The notes: a model not told the origin generated them from the letters alone. A DNA stretch of 64,000 nucleotides from Trueperaceae bacterium (GCA_965213705.1 OZ243913.1:1824001-1888000), one strand, 5' to 3'; positions 1-9,722 are shown, numbered from the stretch's first letter. Made by a program: numbers and translations.

Positions 1-55
1 ATTCGGCCCGGCCGAAGGCTTGCCGACTTTGCAGCAAGTCGAGGCGCACCTGTAG
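1..55 (+). CDS. 3' end of a CDS truncated by the window edge, possibly a PfkB-family carbohydrate kinase
   Basis: Frame from base 2 reads FGPAEGLPTLQQVEAHL* (TAG 53-55), resembling the PfkB C-terminal G-x-x-x-x-x-P-T segment. Confidence 0.4.
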   Translation, partial: FGPAEGLPTLQQVEAHL

Positions 56-102
56 CTCGAGACTCACCAAGCCTCAACCGCATTCCGAGTTAAACTCGGG
101 TC

Positions 103-453
103 ATGCCCGTCTGGCTCAAGTACCTCCTGTCCGCCGGCCTCGTCGTCGTCATTTCCGAAGTCGCCAAGCGCAGCGACCGGGCGGGCGCGGTCGTCGGGGC
201 CTTGCCGTGGCTCACGACGCTTGTCATGGTCTGGCTGTTCGTCGAGAAGCAAGGCGACGAAAAAATCGCCGACCACGCTTACTACACCTTTTGGTACGTG
301 CTGCCCACGCTGCCGATGTTTTTGCTGATTCCTTACCTGCTCAAGCGGGGCCTCGGCTTTCCCGTGGTGTTGAGCGCTGCACTCGTTTTCACGGGCGTTC
401 TTTTCGTCGTTTACGTGTGGGTCTTAAAGCGCTTCGGGCTCGAGCTCGTTTAG
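103..453 (+). CDS. DUF3147-like small membrane protein
   Basis: 116 aa with about 4 hydrophobic segments and SEVAKRS / ALP motifs; TAAACT -10 box 6 nt before the ATG. Confidence 0.7.
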   Translation: MPVWLKYLLSAGLVVVISEVAKRSDRAGAVVGALPWLTTLVMVWLFVEKQGDEKIADHAYYTFWYVLPTLPMFLLIPYLLKRGLGFPVVLSAALVFTGVLFVVYVWVLKRFGLELV

Positions 454-539
454 AAACGCGTGCGGCTGCAACTCCGCGAGAACTTGCGCTTTTTTGTTCC
501 GAACCGCCAAAAGCGTTCGCTTCGCTTAAAATTCGGAGT

Positions 540-989
540 GTGAACCTCGAGGGCAAAAACGCAAAACTCCAGCTGAACATCGCAGGCTATGAGTTTCCAG
601 GCTTGGAAAACGTGCCTTATGATTCCGATTGGCTCAACATCAGGATTCGCGTCGAACACCCGCGCGGTTCCTGGACGAGCACCGACCCGTCGCTGCTGAC
701 TGACGAGGTTGAGCGGTTGATTGACTGGCTCGAGGCGGTTGCCGACGGTCAAAGCGTTGATGTTGAAACAAGTTTTCTCGAGCCGAACTTGAACTTCGTG
801 CTGGTCGAGGGCGCAAAAAAGGTGCGTGTTTATTTCGAGCTGGAAAGTTGACCTTCCTGGGCGGCGGCAAGTTGGGCAGGTTTGGCAGACCTGTGGGTCG
901 AGTTTGCCGTTGTTCCGGAGATGTTGCGAAGTGCGGCGGCGTCGCTGCGGTCACAGTTGAAAAGGTTTCCACCTCGAGCGGGCAACTGA
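540..989 (+). pseudogene. WapI-like immunity/hypothetical protein interrupted by an in-frame TGA (849-851)
   Basis: GTG 540 gives MNLEGKNAKLQLNIAGYEFP...DWL...FLEPNL...YFELES*; the same frame continues PSWAAASWAGLADLWVEF...LRSQLKRFPPRAGN* to 989. Confidence 0.65.
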
Positions 990-1033
990 GGGTTTTCACG
1001 CCGCTGAGCCGCTTCGTGTCTTACACTGGCCCC

Positions 1034-1705
1034 ATGACCTCCCCCAGAGCTTTTCTGTTCGACCTGGACGGCACCCTCGCCGACACCGACCCGCTGCACT
1101 TCGAGGCTTATCGAAATGTTTTCGAGGATTTGGGCGTTCCCATTGACCGCGACATCTACACGCGGCGCATGTCCGGGCGGCACAACCCGGACTTGCTCGC
1201 CGACTTTTTCCCCGAGCACACCGCCGAGCAGAACGTGCAAATCGCCGACGCCAAGGAACTCCGCTTTCGGGAACTGGCGACGACGTTTGTGCCCTTGCCG
1301 GGCGCGGCGGACTTTTTGGAGCGAGCAGCCGAGAGTGGCGCACGCCTTGCCCTCGTTACGAACGCGCCGCGCCCGAACGCCGAGCACATGCTGCGCTTGC
1401 TGAAGTTCGATAACAGTTTTGAAATCGTGGTTGTCGCGGGCGAGTTGGCGCGGCCCAAACCCGACCCGCTGCCTTATTTGCACGCGCTCGAGCGCTTAGG
1501 CGTCGCCCCGGAAAACGGTGTTGCTTTCGAAGACTCCTTGTCGGGTGTGCGCTCGGCGGTCGCCGCGGGGCTGTACACCGTCGGTGTAACGACGAGCGAG
1601 ACCAAGGAGCGGTTGCTGGAAGTCGGCGCGTCCGTCACCGCGGCGGACTTTCTCGAGCCGCAGGTTTTGGAGTTACTGAGTCGAGAAGTATGGAGTGCTC
1701 GGTGA
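1034..1705 (+). CDS. HAD-superfamily phosphatase (beta-PGM/CbbY-like)
   Basis: FDLDGTL motif I, VTNA motif II, KPDP and FEDS motifs; TACACT 6 nt upstream of ATG 1034. Confidence 0.9.
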   Translation: MTSPRAFLFDLDGTLADTDPLHFEAYRNVFEDLGVPIDRDIYTRRMSGRHNPDLLADFFPEHTAEQNVQIADAKELRFRELATTFVPLPGAADFLERAAESGARLALVTNAPRPNAEHMLRLLKFDNSFEIVVVAGELARPKPDPLPYLHALERLGVAPENGVAFEDSLSGVRSAVAAGLYTVGVTTSETKERLLEVGASVTAADFLEPQVLELLSREVWSAR

Positions 1706-1753
1706 AAAGTATCAGGTGAAAAGTACCAGCTAAAAAGTACCGGGTGAAAAGCC
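1701..1753. repeat. 7/14-nt periodic repeat (GGTGAAAAGTAYCA-like)
   Basis: ggtgaaaagtatca ggtgaaaagtacca gctaaaaagtaccg ggtgaaaagcc. Confidence 0.75.
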
Positions 1754-1778
1754 ATTCAAAGTTCTCAGCCGAGATTCG

Positions 1779-2171
1779 CTACCACAGTACCTCGACCTCG
1801 TAGCTGGCAAAGACCTCGTCGTTCGTCAGGACCGGCACGCGTTCATGCTGCGCTTGTGCGATGAGCATTCGGTCGAACGGGTCGCGGTGATGCAGCGGCA
1901 ATGCGCCCGCTCTCAGGGCGTGCTCCGGGATAATCGCCAGCACATTGGCCTGCAAGCGTTTCAAATAACCGGGGAAATTCTGGAGTACCCCGCTGGCACT
2001 GGTCAGTTTGCCAAGCTTGTGTTTGATGCTCAGCTCCCAAGCGCTGGCGCTACTCACCAGCACGACCGTCTCAGGGTCTTTGACAACTTCCAACGCCCTC
2101 GAACTGAGCTTGTACGGTTCCAGGAGGCTCCATAACAGCGCGTTGGTATCGAGCAAAACGGTTACTGCCAC
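1779..2171 (-). CDS. vapC: VapC/PIN-domain toxin
   Basis: LLDTN...SAWE...HRDPFDRMLIAQA PIN signature. Confidence 0.92.
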   Translation of the reverse strand: MAVTVLLDTNALLWSLLEPYKLSSRALEVVKDPETVVLVSSASAWELSIKHKLGKLTSASGVLQNFPGYLKRLQANVLAIIPEHALRAGALPLHHRDPFDRMLIAQAQHERVPVLTNDEVFASYEVEVLW

Positions 2172-2383
2172 ACGTCCAGTTCAGCGTCGGGTAGAGGCTC
2201 GAAAAAACTTTCAGGAACCGAACCCTCAACAAAGCCGAGTTCGCGCGCTTGCCGGGCTAGGGGCATGAGCCGCGCGTAGGGTTTGCCCGCTTTGGCAAGG
2301 ATGATTTCTTCGCCGTTCTTGACCCGCTCGAGCAGCCTGGAGAGGTGGGTTTTAGCTTCGTGGATGTTGACGATGGTCGCCAT
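2162..2383 (-). CDS. Phd/YefM-family antitoxin
   Basis: MATIVNIHEAKTHLSRLLERV..GEEIILAKAGKP; overlaps the toxin start. Confidence 0.92.
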   Translation of the reverse strand: MATIVNIHEAKTHLSRLLERVKNGEEIILAKAGKPYARLMPLARQARELGFVEGSVPESFFEPLPDAELDVWQ

Positions 2384-2495
2384 TTCAACTCCTGACTTGC
2401 TCGACATTAATCCAACACAACTTAGTTCAACACAGTGTAGCAGAGCAGGAAGCGTACTCGACGAACAAAAATGTCATCAAGACTTGTGGAGCATC

Positions 2496-3461
2496 CTATA
2501 TTTGGAGCGGCTTCGCGTACATGTCCAACACCTCGTTCAGCTTTTCTATATTAGCGACGCCCTCGCCGTTCAACCAGTCCCGAAACGCCGCCTCGCCTTC
2601 TTTGGCATAAACGGGAATCCCGCCCTTCCAGGTAGCTCGGCCGCAGAGCACGCCGTTGTAGGGTACGCCCGCCTCGCCCGCGAACGTCAGCGCCTCGACG
2701 AACTGCGCCATGTCCACCCCGGCGGACAAGAAAATAAAGGGTTTGCCTGCAGCTTCAGCCAACGCGTGCAAGTGCTCGGCCGCCTCGCCTTGGGAATAGG
2801 CCGGGCGGTTGCCGTGCGCCGCCTCTAAGCCCTCGACGTATTTGGCGTCGACGGGCAGCTCGAGCTTGAGCACGTCCACGCGGTAGGCGTCTTTGGAGAA
2901 CTCTTTCGCGGTGGCGGTGACCATCTCAGGTTTGCGCCCCGCAAGCTCGGCCGGGTCTTTGACGGCGTCGTCGTAGGTGACGGGCTCGAGAAAAAAGGGC
3001 AACCCTTCCGCCTCGCACTCCGCGCCGACGCGCTCGGTAAAGGCGTGTTTTTGCTTTAAGATGTCCTCGTCATCGAATGGGTTGTAGTAAAGAAGTACCT
3101 TCACCGCGTTCGCGCCCGCTTCGGCGAGTCGCCGGACGCTCCAGCGCGGCAGCAAGTCGCCCAGACGGCCGGGGGTGTTCGTGTCGTAGCCGCTCGCTTC
3201 GTAAGCCAGAAGAAGCCCGGCGGTCTCGGCCCGCGCCTCGCTCGCCGGCAGCCCGTACGTCGGGTCGAGCAAAATCGCCGAGGCGTAAGGAGTGAGGGTT
3301 TCGGTGACGACGCGCTTAAAAACCACTAAATCTTCGTCGGTCGGGTCGCTGCCCGCGCTCTTCAGCGCTTTTTTGAGTGAGCCCCGCTGGTCCATCGCGG
3401 CGGCGGTGATGGTGCCTTTGGCGCTCAGGCAGGCTTTGAGGTTGGCGGCTTTGTCGGGCAT
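2496..3461 (-). CDS. lacD: Tagatose-1,6-bisphosphate aldolase (class I, LacD family)
   Basis: AAAMDQRGSL, ILLDP.YG, LLAYE..GY, FIFLSAGV and GVLCGRATW motifs; GAAAGGA RBS. Confidence 0.88.
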   Translation of the reverse strand: MPDKAANLKACLSAKGTITAAAMDQRGSLKKALKSAGSDPTDEDLVVFKRVVTETLTPYASAILLDPTYGLPASEARAETAGLLLAYEASGYDTNTPGRLGDLLPRWSVRRLAEAGANAVKVLLYYNPFDDEDILKQKHAFTERVGAECEAEGLPFFLEPVTYDDAVKDPAELAGRKPEMVTATAKEFSKDAYRVDVLKLELPVDAKYVEGLEAAHGNRPAYSQGEAAEHLHALAEAAGKPFIFLSAGVDMAQFVEALTFAGEAGVPYNGVLCGRATWKGGIPVYAKEGEAAFRDWLNGEGVANIEKLNEVLDMYAKPLQI

Positions 3462-3885
3462 AGGATTTCCTTTCAAGATTGAGGTCGGCGGGTGGGGCAG
3501 CGTCTCGAGCTAAGGGGCGGGAATTTCAAGGTCTTTGCAAACTTTTTTGACAAGCAAAATCGTTGGTTTCACGGTGTCTCGGCACTACGGAAGATGTCCC
3601 TGTAGAGCGGTTGACATACCGAAAGCGCCATGTCCTAAGTTTACCTCACCCGGCTGCGCGCACCCCACAGCGCCGCTTCCGAGCCCGGAACAGCCCAGGC
3701 CAAAGCGACCGTGGTGGCAGGAGCTGGGCGGCGCAGCACGTTTGCACAGCTCCGCAGACTGCAATCATGCCGACAGCGTTCCGACCCTGTTCTTGGGAAT
3801 GGACACGCCCTATCATCGTCAACCTTTTCAACCCTACCTACCAAACACAGCCCTGAAGTAGCTACCTACGTGCTAAAATAGCTTC

Positions 3886-4128
3886 ATGAAAAGAGTCGGT
3901 ATCCGCGAAGCAAAAAACACCCTTTCAGACCTTCTCGTTCAGGCCAAAAAAGCTCCCGTCCTTGTGACCAACCACGGCAAGCCGGACTCGGTGGTGATGA
4001 GCTTTGACCATTACCGGCAGCTCGCCGAACGCAAAACCGGTTTGGACCTGTTCGACGGGCTCGACTGGTCGGATGTCGAGCTGGAGGGCCACCCGACCTT
4101 CGAACCGCGCACCGTCACGTTCGACTGA
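3886..4128 (+). CDS. Phd/YefM-family antitoxin
   Basis: MKRVGIREAKNTLSDLL...PVLVTNHGKP; TAAAAT 6 nt before the ATG. Confidence 0.9.
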   Translation: MKRVGIREAKNTLSDLLVQAKKAPVLVTNHGKPDSVVMSFDHYRQLAERKTGLDLFDGLDWSDVELEGHPTFEPRTVTFD

Positions 4129-4532
4129 TGTACCTGCTCGACACGAACGTCCTTTCGGACAGCCTCAAGCACCGCTACCCGGAGCTGGAAGCTTGGCTCG
4201 CGGGCCAAAACGCCGAAGACCTCTATATCAGCAGCATCAGTCTGGCGGAAATCGCTTACGGGGTTCACAGGTTGCCGGACGGAAAACGCAAGGCGGGACT
4301 GTTGACGGACCTACACCTCGTCCGCAGGCGGTTTGCCGAGCGCACCTTGGCGGTCGGTGGCGAGGTCGCGCTCGCTTACGGAGAGCACCAGGCCGCTCAG
4401 GTCGGCAAGGGGAGGAATGACAACCCCTTCGACTCGCTAATGATTGTCACGGCGAAAACGAACGACCTGATCGTCGCTACCCGGGATGTAAGCCACTACG
4501 AGGACCGGGGCGTGGGGGTCGTCAACCCTTAA
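4128..4532 (+). CDS. vapC: VapC/PIN-domain toxin
   Basis: MYLLDTNVLS...ISLAEI..G...DSLMI.TA...ATRD; TGATG coupling to the antitoxin. Confidence 0.92.
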   Translation: MYLLDTNVLSDSLKHRYPELEAWLAGQNAEDLYISSISLAEIAYGVHRLPDGKRKAGLLTDLHLVRRRFAERTLAVGGEVALAYGEHQAAQVGKGRNDNPFDSLMIVTAKTNDLIVATRDVSHYEDRGVGVVNP

Positions 4533-4593
4533 CGGCAGTGATTTAAGCGTACGGCCCCAGAGGACTTGATTTCCACATGATTATTCGTTTTGG

Positions 4594-4705
4594 CTACTCG
4601 CTCGAGCCCACTAAGCTAATCCATGGTGAATTTGCAGAATGCTTAGTCGGCCTATCCGTACTCGCTCCACTCGGGTGAATTTGCAGGAGCAAATTCACCA
4701 TGGAG
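4594..4705. repeat. Small palindromic repeat element
   Basis: ccatggtgaatttgc ... gggtgaatttgc aggag caaattcaccatgg; tactcgctc occurs twice. Confidence 0.55.
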
Positions 4706-4723
4706 ATACTTAGAGGGTGTGGC

Positions 4724-5638
4724 TCACAGCGGCGTGGCGACAAAAGGTTTTACAGATGCCTTGGTGAAGGGCCGCCACACCGCTCGCCCGTTTTGCCACA
4801 GCGCGCGGCCACTCTCATGGCGTGCCAAACCAGAGAGCGCAACCTCGGCAAAAGCCCTAGCCAACAACCGGTCCCGCCCCGAAGGCCGCCCGCCGCGCTG
4901 CGCGCGGCCCAGTCGCGTGAAGCGGCTGCGGGTGTGGAGGGCGCTGGAGAGTCGGTCAACCACGCCGCCCACATCCGGGTAGCCTTCGGAGGCGACGACG
5001 AGGGCGTAGCGGTGGGTTTTGATGGCAGTCTCGAGCCCAGTAACAACATCACTTTCTTCAAGAGGTCGCTCCGGCACGAGCAGCGCGTCCGCACCCAGCG
5101 CGAGGGCGACGGCCTGCGCCAAAAAACCCGTGCTCCCGCCCAGGGTCTCGAGCGCGAACAGTCGCGGCAGCGACTCGGCGCTGTCACGTATGCCGTCGCC
5201 CAAAACGAGCGCGGTATTGAGCGCGGTGTCGAAACCGAGCGAGGCGTCCGAGTCAACTACGTCGTTGTCGATGGTGGCCGGAATAAAGGCGGTCGGTAAG
5301 TGAGCGCTCAACACGGCGGCGGCGAGCGCGGAGCCGTTGCCGCCCAGGATAACGAGCTTGGTTATTTTTTCGGACTCGAGCCGTTCCACCGCCCTACTCA
5401 AGTGTTTAGGAAAGTCCTCGAGCCGCGAAGTCCCGAGGGCGGTGCCGCCGCGCCGCGCCCAACTCAAGGTCAGAGCTTCGTCGAGCGGGAGGAGAGGGTG
5501 CTCGAGCAATCCTTTCAATCCCTCCTGCACACCTAAAACTTCCCAACCTTGGGCCCCTGCACCCTTGGTCAGCGCCCACAGCGCTGCGTTCATGCCCGGC
5601 GCGTCGCCGCCGGAGGTGAGGAGGGCGAGCTTTGTCAC
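4724..5638 (-). CDS. pfkA: PfkA-family phosphofructokinase (divergent)
   Basis: LTSGGDAPGMN, GGTALGTSR, GGNGS and PATIDND motifs; the MGR motif is replaced by LGG. Confidence 0.75.
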   Translation of the reverse strand: MTKLALLTSGGDAPGMNAALWALTKGAGAQGWEVLGVQEGLKGLLEHPLLPLDEALTLSWARRGGTALGTSRLEDFPKHLSRAVERLESEKITKLVILGGNGSALAAAVLSAHLPTAFIPATIDNDVVDSDASLGFDTALNTALVLGDGIRDSAESLPRLFALETLGGSTGFLAQAVALALGADALLVPERPLEESDVVTGLETAIKTHRYALVVASEGYPDVGGVVDRLSSALHTRSRFTRLGRAQRGGRPSGRDRLLARAFAEVALSGLARHESGRALWQNGRAVWRPFTKASVKPFVATPL

Positions 5639-5679
5639 AGCAGGGAATCTTTCCAGCCATTTTGTATGCGTCTCGAGGA

Positions 5680-5785
5680 GCCCCCCTTAACAAGGGGGGT
5701 TGGGGGGATTTGCTTCTGTAAGGCCACTGTAGAGGCTTTCAAAGAAGCAAACCTCCCCTAACCCCTCCTATTAGGAGGGGGATTA
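5680..5785. repeat. Pair of C-run/G-run palindromes (REP-like)
   Basis: ccccccttaacaagggggg-ttggggggatt and aacctcccctaa-cccctcctattaggaggggg in inverted arrangement. Confidence 0.6.
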
Positions 5786-5845
5786 AAACCTTTTGCCACG
5801 CTTCCTGCACAGATATGCTGTCTTCGTTTGTAACTGCTAGGTCTT

Positions 5846-6586
5846 TCATGCCCCACCCATCATCAGCTTGACGACCTCGTCGTCATTCGTCTCGCTCGTT
5901 TGGCGCTCGCCCGCCTTGCGCCCGCGCTCCAAGACGACGATTCGGTCGCTCACCGCGAAAATGTCGCGCAGGTTGTGCGAGATAAAGATGATGCCGACGC
6001 CCTTCGCTTTCAGCCGCTCGATGAGCGCCATCACCTCGCGCTGCTCGGGAACGCCCAACGCGGCGGTCGGCTCGTCCATGATGAGGACTTTGGCCTGCCA
6101 GTAGACCGCGCGTGAAATGGCAATCGCCTGGCGCTGCCCACCGGAGAGGTCGCGCACCGGCATCGACAAGTTATGCACGACAATGCCCAAGTTGCGCAAC
6201 GCCGTCTCGGCCTCGCTCCGCATCCATTTTCGGTCCAAAACGGGCAACACGCCGAACAGTTTGCGCATCCGTTCGCGACCCAAAAAGAGGTTGATGCCCA
6301 CGTCCAGATTGTCCGCCAAGGCTAGGTCCTGATAGATCGTCTCGATGCCGAGTTCGCGTACCTCCTGCGGGTTTTTGCCGTTGATGGGCGCGCCGCGGTA
6401 CAGGACTTCGCCGCCGTCGGGCACGTGAACGCCCGAAATCATCTTGATAAGCGTCGATTTACCCGCCCCGTTGTCGCCCGCCAAGGCCAGCACTTCGCCG
6501 GGGTAGAGGTCCAGGGACACGTCTTTGTTGGCGTAAGTGCCGCCGAAGTGCTTGTTCAAGTTGCGAACCTGCAAAAGCGGTTCCAT
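5846..6586 (-). CDS. Sugar ABC transporter ATP-binding protein
   Basis: GDNGAGKST Walker A, LSGGQRQ signature, IMDEPT Walker B; start MEPLLQV. Confidence 0.93.
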   Translation of the reverse strand: MEPLLQVRNLNKHFGGTYANKDVSLDLYPGEVLALAGDNGAGKSTLIKMISGVHVPDGGEVLYRGAPINGKNPQEVRELGIETIYQDLALADNLDVGINLFLGRERMRKLFGVLPVLDRKWMRSEAETALRNLGIVVHNLSMPVRDLSGGQRQAIAISRAVYWQAKVLIMDEPTAALGVPEQREVMALIERLKAKGVGIIFISHNLRDIFAVSDRIVVLERGRKAGERQTSETNDDEVVKLMMGGA

Positions 6587-7614
6587 CACGTTTCTCTCGT
6601 GAACTGCGTCAAGCGGTCTCGAGACTGGTCTATCAAGACCGCGACGATGATGACCAGGCCCACCGCTATAAACTGCCAGTAAGGGGGTACGTTGATAAAC
6701 ACGAGCCCGAACTGAATCACCGCGATAATGAGCGAGCCGATGACCGTGCCCGTCACCGTGCCGCTGCCGCCGGTCAGCGAGGCCCCGCCGATAAACACCG
6801 CCGCCACCGCGTAGAGCAAGGTCGGCTCGCCCGCGTCCGCCGCCCCGGCCGAAAAACGCCCCGTGTAAACGAGCCCCGCCACACCCGCCGTAAACGCGCT
6901 CAAGCTGTAAAGGATGAGGGTGTGCCGCTTCACGTTCACGCCCGCGCGCACCGCCGCCTGGTAGTTGCCGCCCATCGCGTAGGTGTAGAGCCCGAACTTC
7001 GTCGAGGACAGGACGTAGTGGCAGACGAGGGCGAGAATAGCCGCCGTCAACACCGGAATCGGCACGAGTTCGCCCAACACGCGGCCGTTGCCGAACTCGC
7101 GCGCGACCGGGTTGCGAATCGCTACCGTCGCGCCGCCCGCTATCAAAAACGCCATGCCCCGCGCGATGCCGAACATGCCGAGCGTGCCGATAAAGGACGG
7201 GACGTTGAGCCTCGAGATGAGCAGCCCGTTGACCAGTCCCGGCAACAGCGACATCAGCACGGCCGCCGAGACGCCCAACCCAAAGCTCAAGCCTGGGGGC
7301 AGGTCGGACGTCAAGCGAATCACGACCGCCATCGTCACCGCCGCCAAGCCGGTGACAAAACCGATGGACAGGTCGATGCCTGCCGAAATAATCACAAAGG
7401 TCAGCCCCAGCGCGAGTAGTAAAATCTGCGTCGCTGCCAACAAAATACTCTGCAGGTTGTACACGCGCCCCAAAAAGGTCGTCCCGTAAGACAACCGCGC
7501 CCACACCTCGAAAAAAATCAAAATAACAATTAAAAACAACCAAGACCACGCCCCCGCGACGGCGCGGAGGGCTTGAACGCGCCGTGTGGGAGGTGCCGTG
7601 TTCGCGCTGCTCAA
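6586..7614 (-). CDS. Sugar ABC transporter permease (RbsC-like)
   Basis: GIDLSIG, MGGNYQAA..AGV and IGGASLTGG motifs; multiple TM segments. Confidence 0.93.
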   Translation of the reverse strand: MSSANTAPPTRRVQALRAVAGAWSWLFLIVILIFFEVWARLSYGTTFLGRVYNLQSILLAATQILLLALGLTFVIISAGIDLSIGFVTGLAAVTMAVVIRLTSDLPPGLSFGLGVSAAVLMSLLPGLVNGLLISRLNVPSFIGTLGMFGIARGMAFLIAGGATVAIRNPVAREFGNGRVLGELVPIPVLTAAILALVCHYVLSSTKFGLYTYAMGGNYQAAVRAGVNVKRHTLILYSLSAFTAGVAGLVYTGRFSAGAADAGEPTLLYAVAAVFIGGASLTGGSGTVTGTVIGSLIIAVIQFGLVFINVPPYWQFIAVGLVIIVAVLIDQSRDRLTQFTRET

Positions 7615-7746
7615 AAGAACTCCTTAAAAGACAGGCTCGAGGAAGCGGCTTGACCTGCTTCCTCGAGGTGAGACCCCCCGACCGTAGCTACGCTCGGCCG
7701 TCCCCCTGGGAGGGGGTTGGAGGGTCTGTGTATCGTCAGCCGGGGG

Positions 7747-8733
7747 TTACTCCGAGTAGATGAACTTCTGCACCTCGGGGTCGTTTAGGTTGTCCTGGTC
7801 GATGATGGTGAAGCCCGTGCCGATAAGGGGCGGCACCGACTGGCCGGTGAGGTAAGCGTAGGCGGTCATCACGCCGTAGTAACCGATTTCGGCCGGGTGC
7901 TGGGCGATGGCTAGGTCGACCAGGCCGCTGTCTATTTGGTCGATGATGGACTGTGGCGCGTCGAAGGCGACGACCGTGATGTCACCCGACATGCCCGCCG
8001 ACTCGACCCCGTTGGCCGCGCCGATGGCCGAGAAGAGGTTCGCGCCGAACACGCCCTTGAGGTTCGGGCTGCGCGCGAACACCGCTTGGAATTGGCTGGC
8101 CGCGGTCGAAGAGTCGTTTTCGTTGTACTGGGTTTCCAACACCTCGATGTTCGGGTAATTTTCGGCGAGTTCTTGCTTGAAGCCTTCTTCGCGCTGGTCG
8201 GTCGTCGAGATGCCGGGGCGCACGTTCGACACGTAGACCGCGCCTTCGCCGCCCATTTCTTCGGCCATCGCGCGCGCCGCGATGCGCCCGCCTGCGACGT
8301 TGTCCGAAGCTATATAGGAAAGCGGAAAGTCGCCGTCGCCCCCGCCGTCTTGGTACTGGCCGTCGTCGATAAAGGTGTCGACCGTGACGACGGGAATGCC
8401 TGCCTCGGACGCGCGGCGCAGCGGCTCGATGAGCTGCACGGTGTCGGTCGGCGCGATGAGAATGGCGTCGGGTTGCCGGGCGATGACCGCGTCCAGCACG
8501 GGCACTTGCAGCACCGGGTTGAACTCCTCGGCACCTTGAAAGTTCACGGTGATGCCCAGGGCTTCGGCGGCCGCTTGCGCGCCGCGGTTCATGGTGATGT
8601 AAAAGGCGTCGGTGGTGAGTCCGGGCACGAGGGTGATGGTGATGTCTTGAGGCGCGGTCTGCGCGTCTTGGGCAAGGGCCGATTGGGCAAAAGCGAGGCC
8701 GAAAACGGCCGTGAGGGCGAACAGGTAGCGCAT
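7747..8733 (-). CDS. Sugar ABC transporter substrate-binding protein (RbsB-like)
   Basis: Signal peptide, DAFYITM..GA, GIPVVTVD, SDN..GG and VAFDA motifs; AAGGAGG RBS. Confidence 0.92.
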   Translation of the reverse strand: MRYLFALTAVFGLAFAQSALAQDAQTAPQDITITLVPGLTTDAFYITMNRGAQAAAEALGITVNFQGAEEFNPVLQVPVLDAVIARQPDAILIAPTDTVQLIEPLRRASEAGIPVVTVDTFIDDGQYQDGGGDGDFPLSYIASDNVAGGRIAARAMAEEMGGEGAVYVSNVRPGISTTDQREEGFKQELAENYPNIEVLETQYNENDSSTAASQFQAVFARSPNLKGVFGANLFSAIGAANGVESAGMSGDITVVAFDAPQSIIDQIDSGLVDLAIAQHPAEIGYYGVMTAYAYLTGQSVPPLIGTGFTIIDQDNLNDPEVQKFIYSE

Positions 8734-9032
8734 GGTTCCTCCTTGTGAGTCGGGCGGTGGGGGCGGCTCGAGACCGAAAAAGAGACCTCTAGCGGCTGCT
8801 GCAGTCGACGCCTAAAGCCTGCACGACGTTCACATCCTCCCTTGCTGGCTCGGCCCCGCTCCGGGTCGGTACGAATGAGACTTGACAACCCCCGCAAGAG
8901 CCGTCGAGCACCGTTTTTGTCGACTGGCACTCACGCTAAACCACGTAAGCTCGAGCTGTCAAGACAGGTCTGCGACGCCCGGGCGTCGCAGACCTCTTCT
9001 GTCCACTGTTCGGCCTCCGTTGTCCAACCTCC

Positions 9033-9722
9033 TCAGTCGCCCGCCTGCTGCAGCGCGGGGCTGCTACCTTCTTGTACGTCGTGCGCAGGTTGCCACAAAT
9101 AGGCCGCCGCGAGCGCCGCGACGGCTGCGCCGACGATGGGCGCGAACCAGTACAGCCAGTGCTGTGACCACTCGCCCGAAAACAAGGCCGGGGCGAAGCT
9201 GCGGGCCGGGTTCATCGAAGCACCGGTCATGGCGCCCCCGGCAACCGCGCCGAGCGTTACCGTAAAGCCGATGTAAACCCCGGCCAAAGCCTGTTTCTGG
9301 ATGACGCAAGCAGCGATGACGAACATCAGAAAGAACGTCAGGATAGTTTCTATTGCCGCGCCCTGTACAGGGGACACGCCGGGCGCAAGGAGGGTCGCAC
9401 CGTAGGCCACGGGCTCGAGCCTCGCCGCGCCGTAGAAGGCTTGCAGGGCGAGCAGGGCGGCCGTCGCGCCCGCTAGCTCCGCACTCCAGTACAGCAGCAA
9501 CTCGCTAAAGGTGATGCGCCGCAGCACGAAAAAGCCCACCGTCACGGCGGGGTTGAAGTGGGCGAAGGAAAGCGCGCCCACGGCGGCAATCATCACGGCG
9601 ACCGTCAGGCCGAAGGCGAAAGCCACGGCGAGACCGCTCGCCCCGGAGGCCATAGCACCGACGCCCACGAACAGCAGGGCGAAGGTGCCGATAAACTCTG
9701 CCAACCAAACGCGACGGTTCAC
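9033..9722 (-). CDS. MIP-family aquaporin, probably an arsenite channel
   Basis: AEFIGTF, HFNPAVT and SMNPARS motifs; last gene of the ars operon, coupled to arsC. Confidence 0.9.
   Translation of the reverse strand: MNRRVWLAEFIGTFALLFVGVGAMASGASGLAVAFAFGLTVAVMIAAVGALSFAHFNPAVTVGFFVLRRITFSELLLYWSAELAGATAALLALQAFYGAARLEPVAYGATLLAPGVSPVQGAAIETILTFFLMFVIAACVIQKQALAGVYIGFTVTLGAVAGGAMTGASMNPARSFAPALFSGEWSQHWLYWFAPIVGAAVAALAAAYLWQPAHDVQEGSSPALQQAGD

Noticed and set aside
849..900. Selenocysteine or alternative-code readthrough of TGA
   Set aside because: The context suggests Arg (CGA) rather than Cys or Trp, no clear SECIS hairpin was seen, and TGA is a normal stop throughout the window.
3535..3861. 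Short ORFs between lacD and vapBC
   Set aside because: No RBS or recognisable motif; possibly a decayed gene fragment but not supportable.
5846..7549. 567-aa fused ORF from the track
   Set aside because: Its N-terminal part is an alternative frame of the permease; the ATPase begins at 6586.
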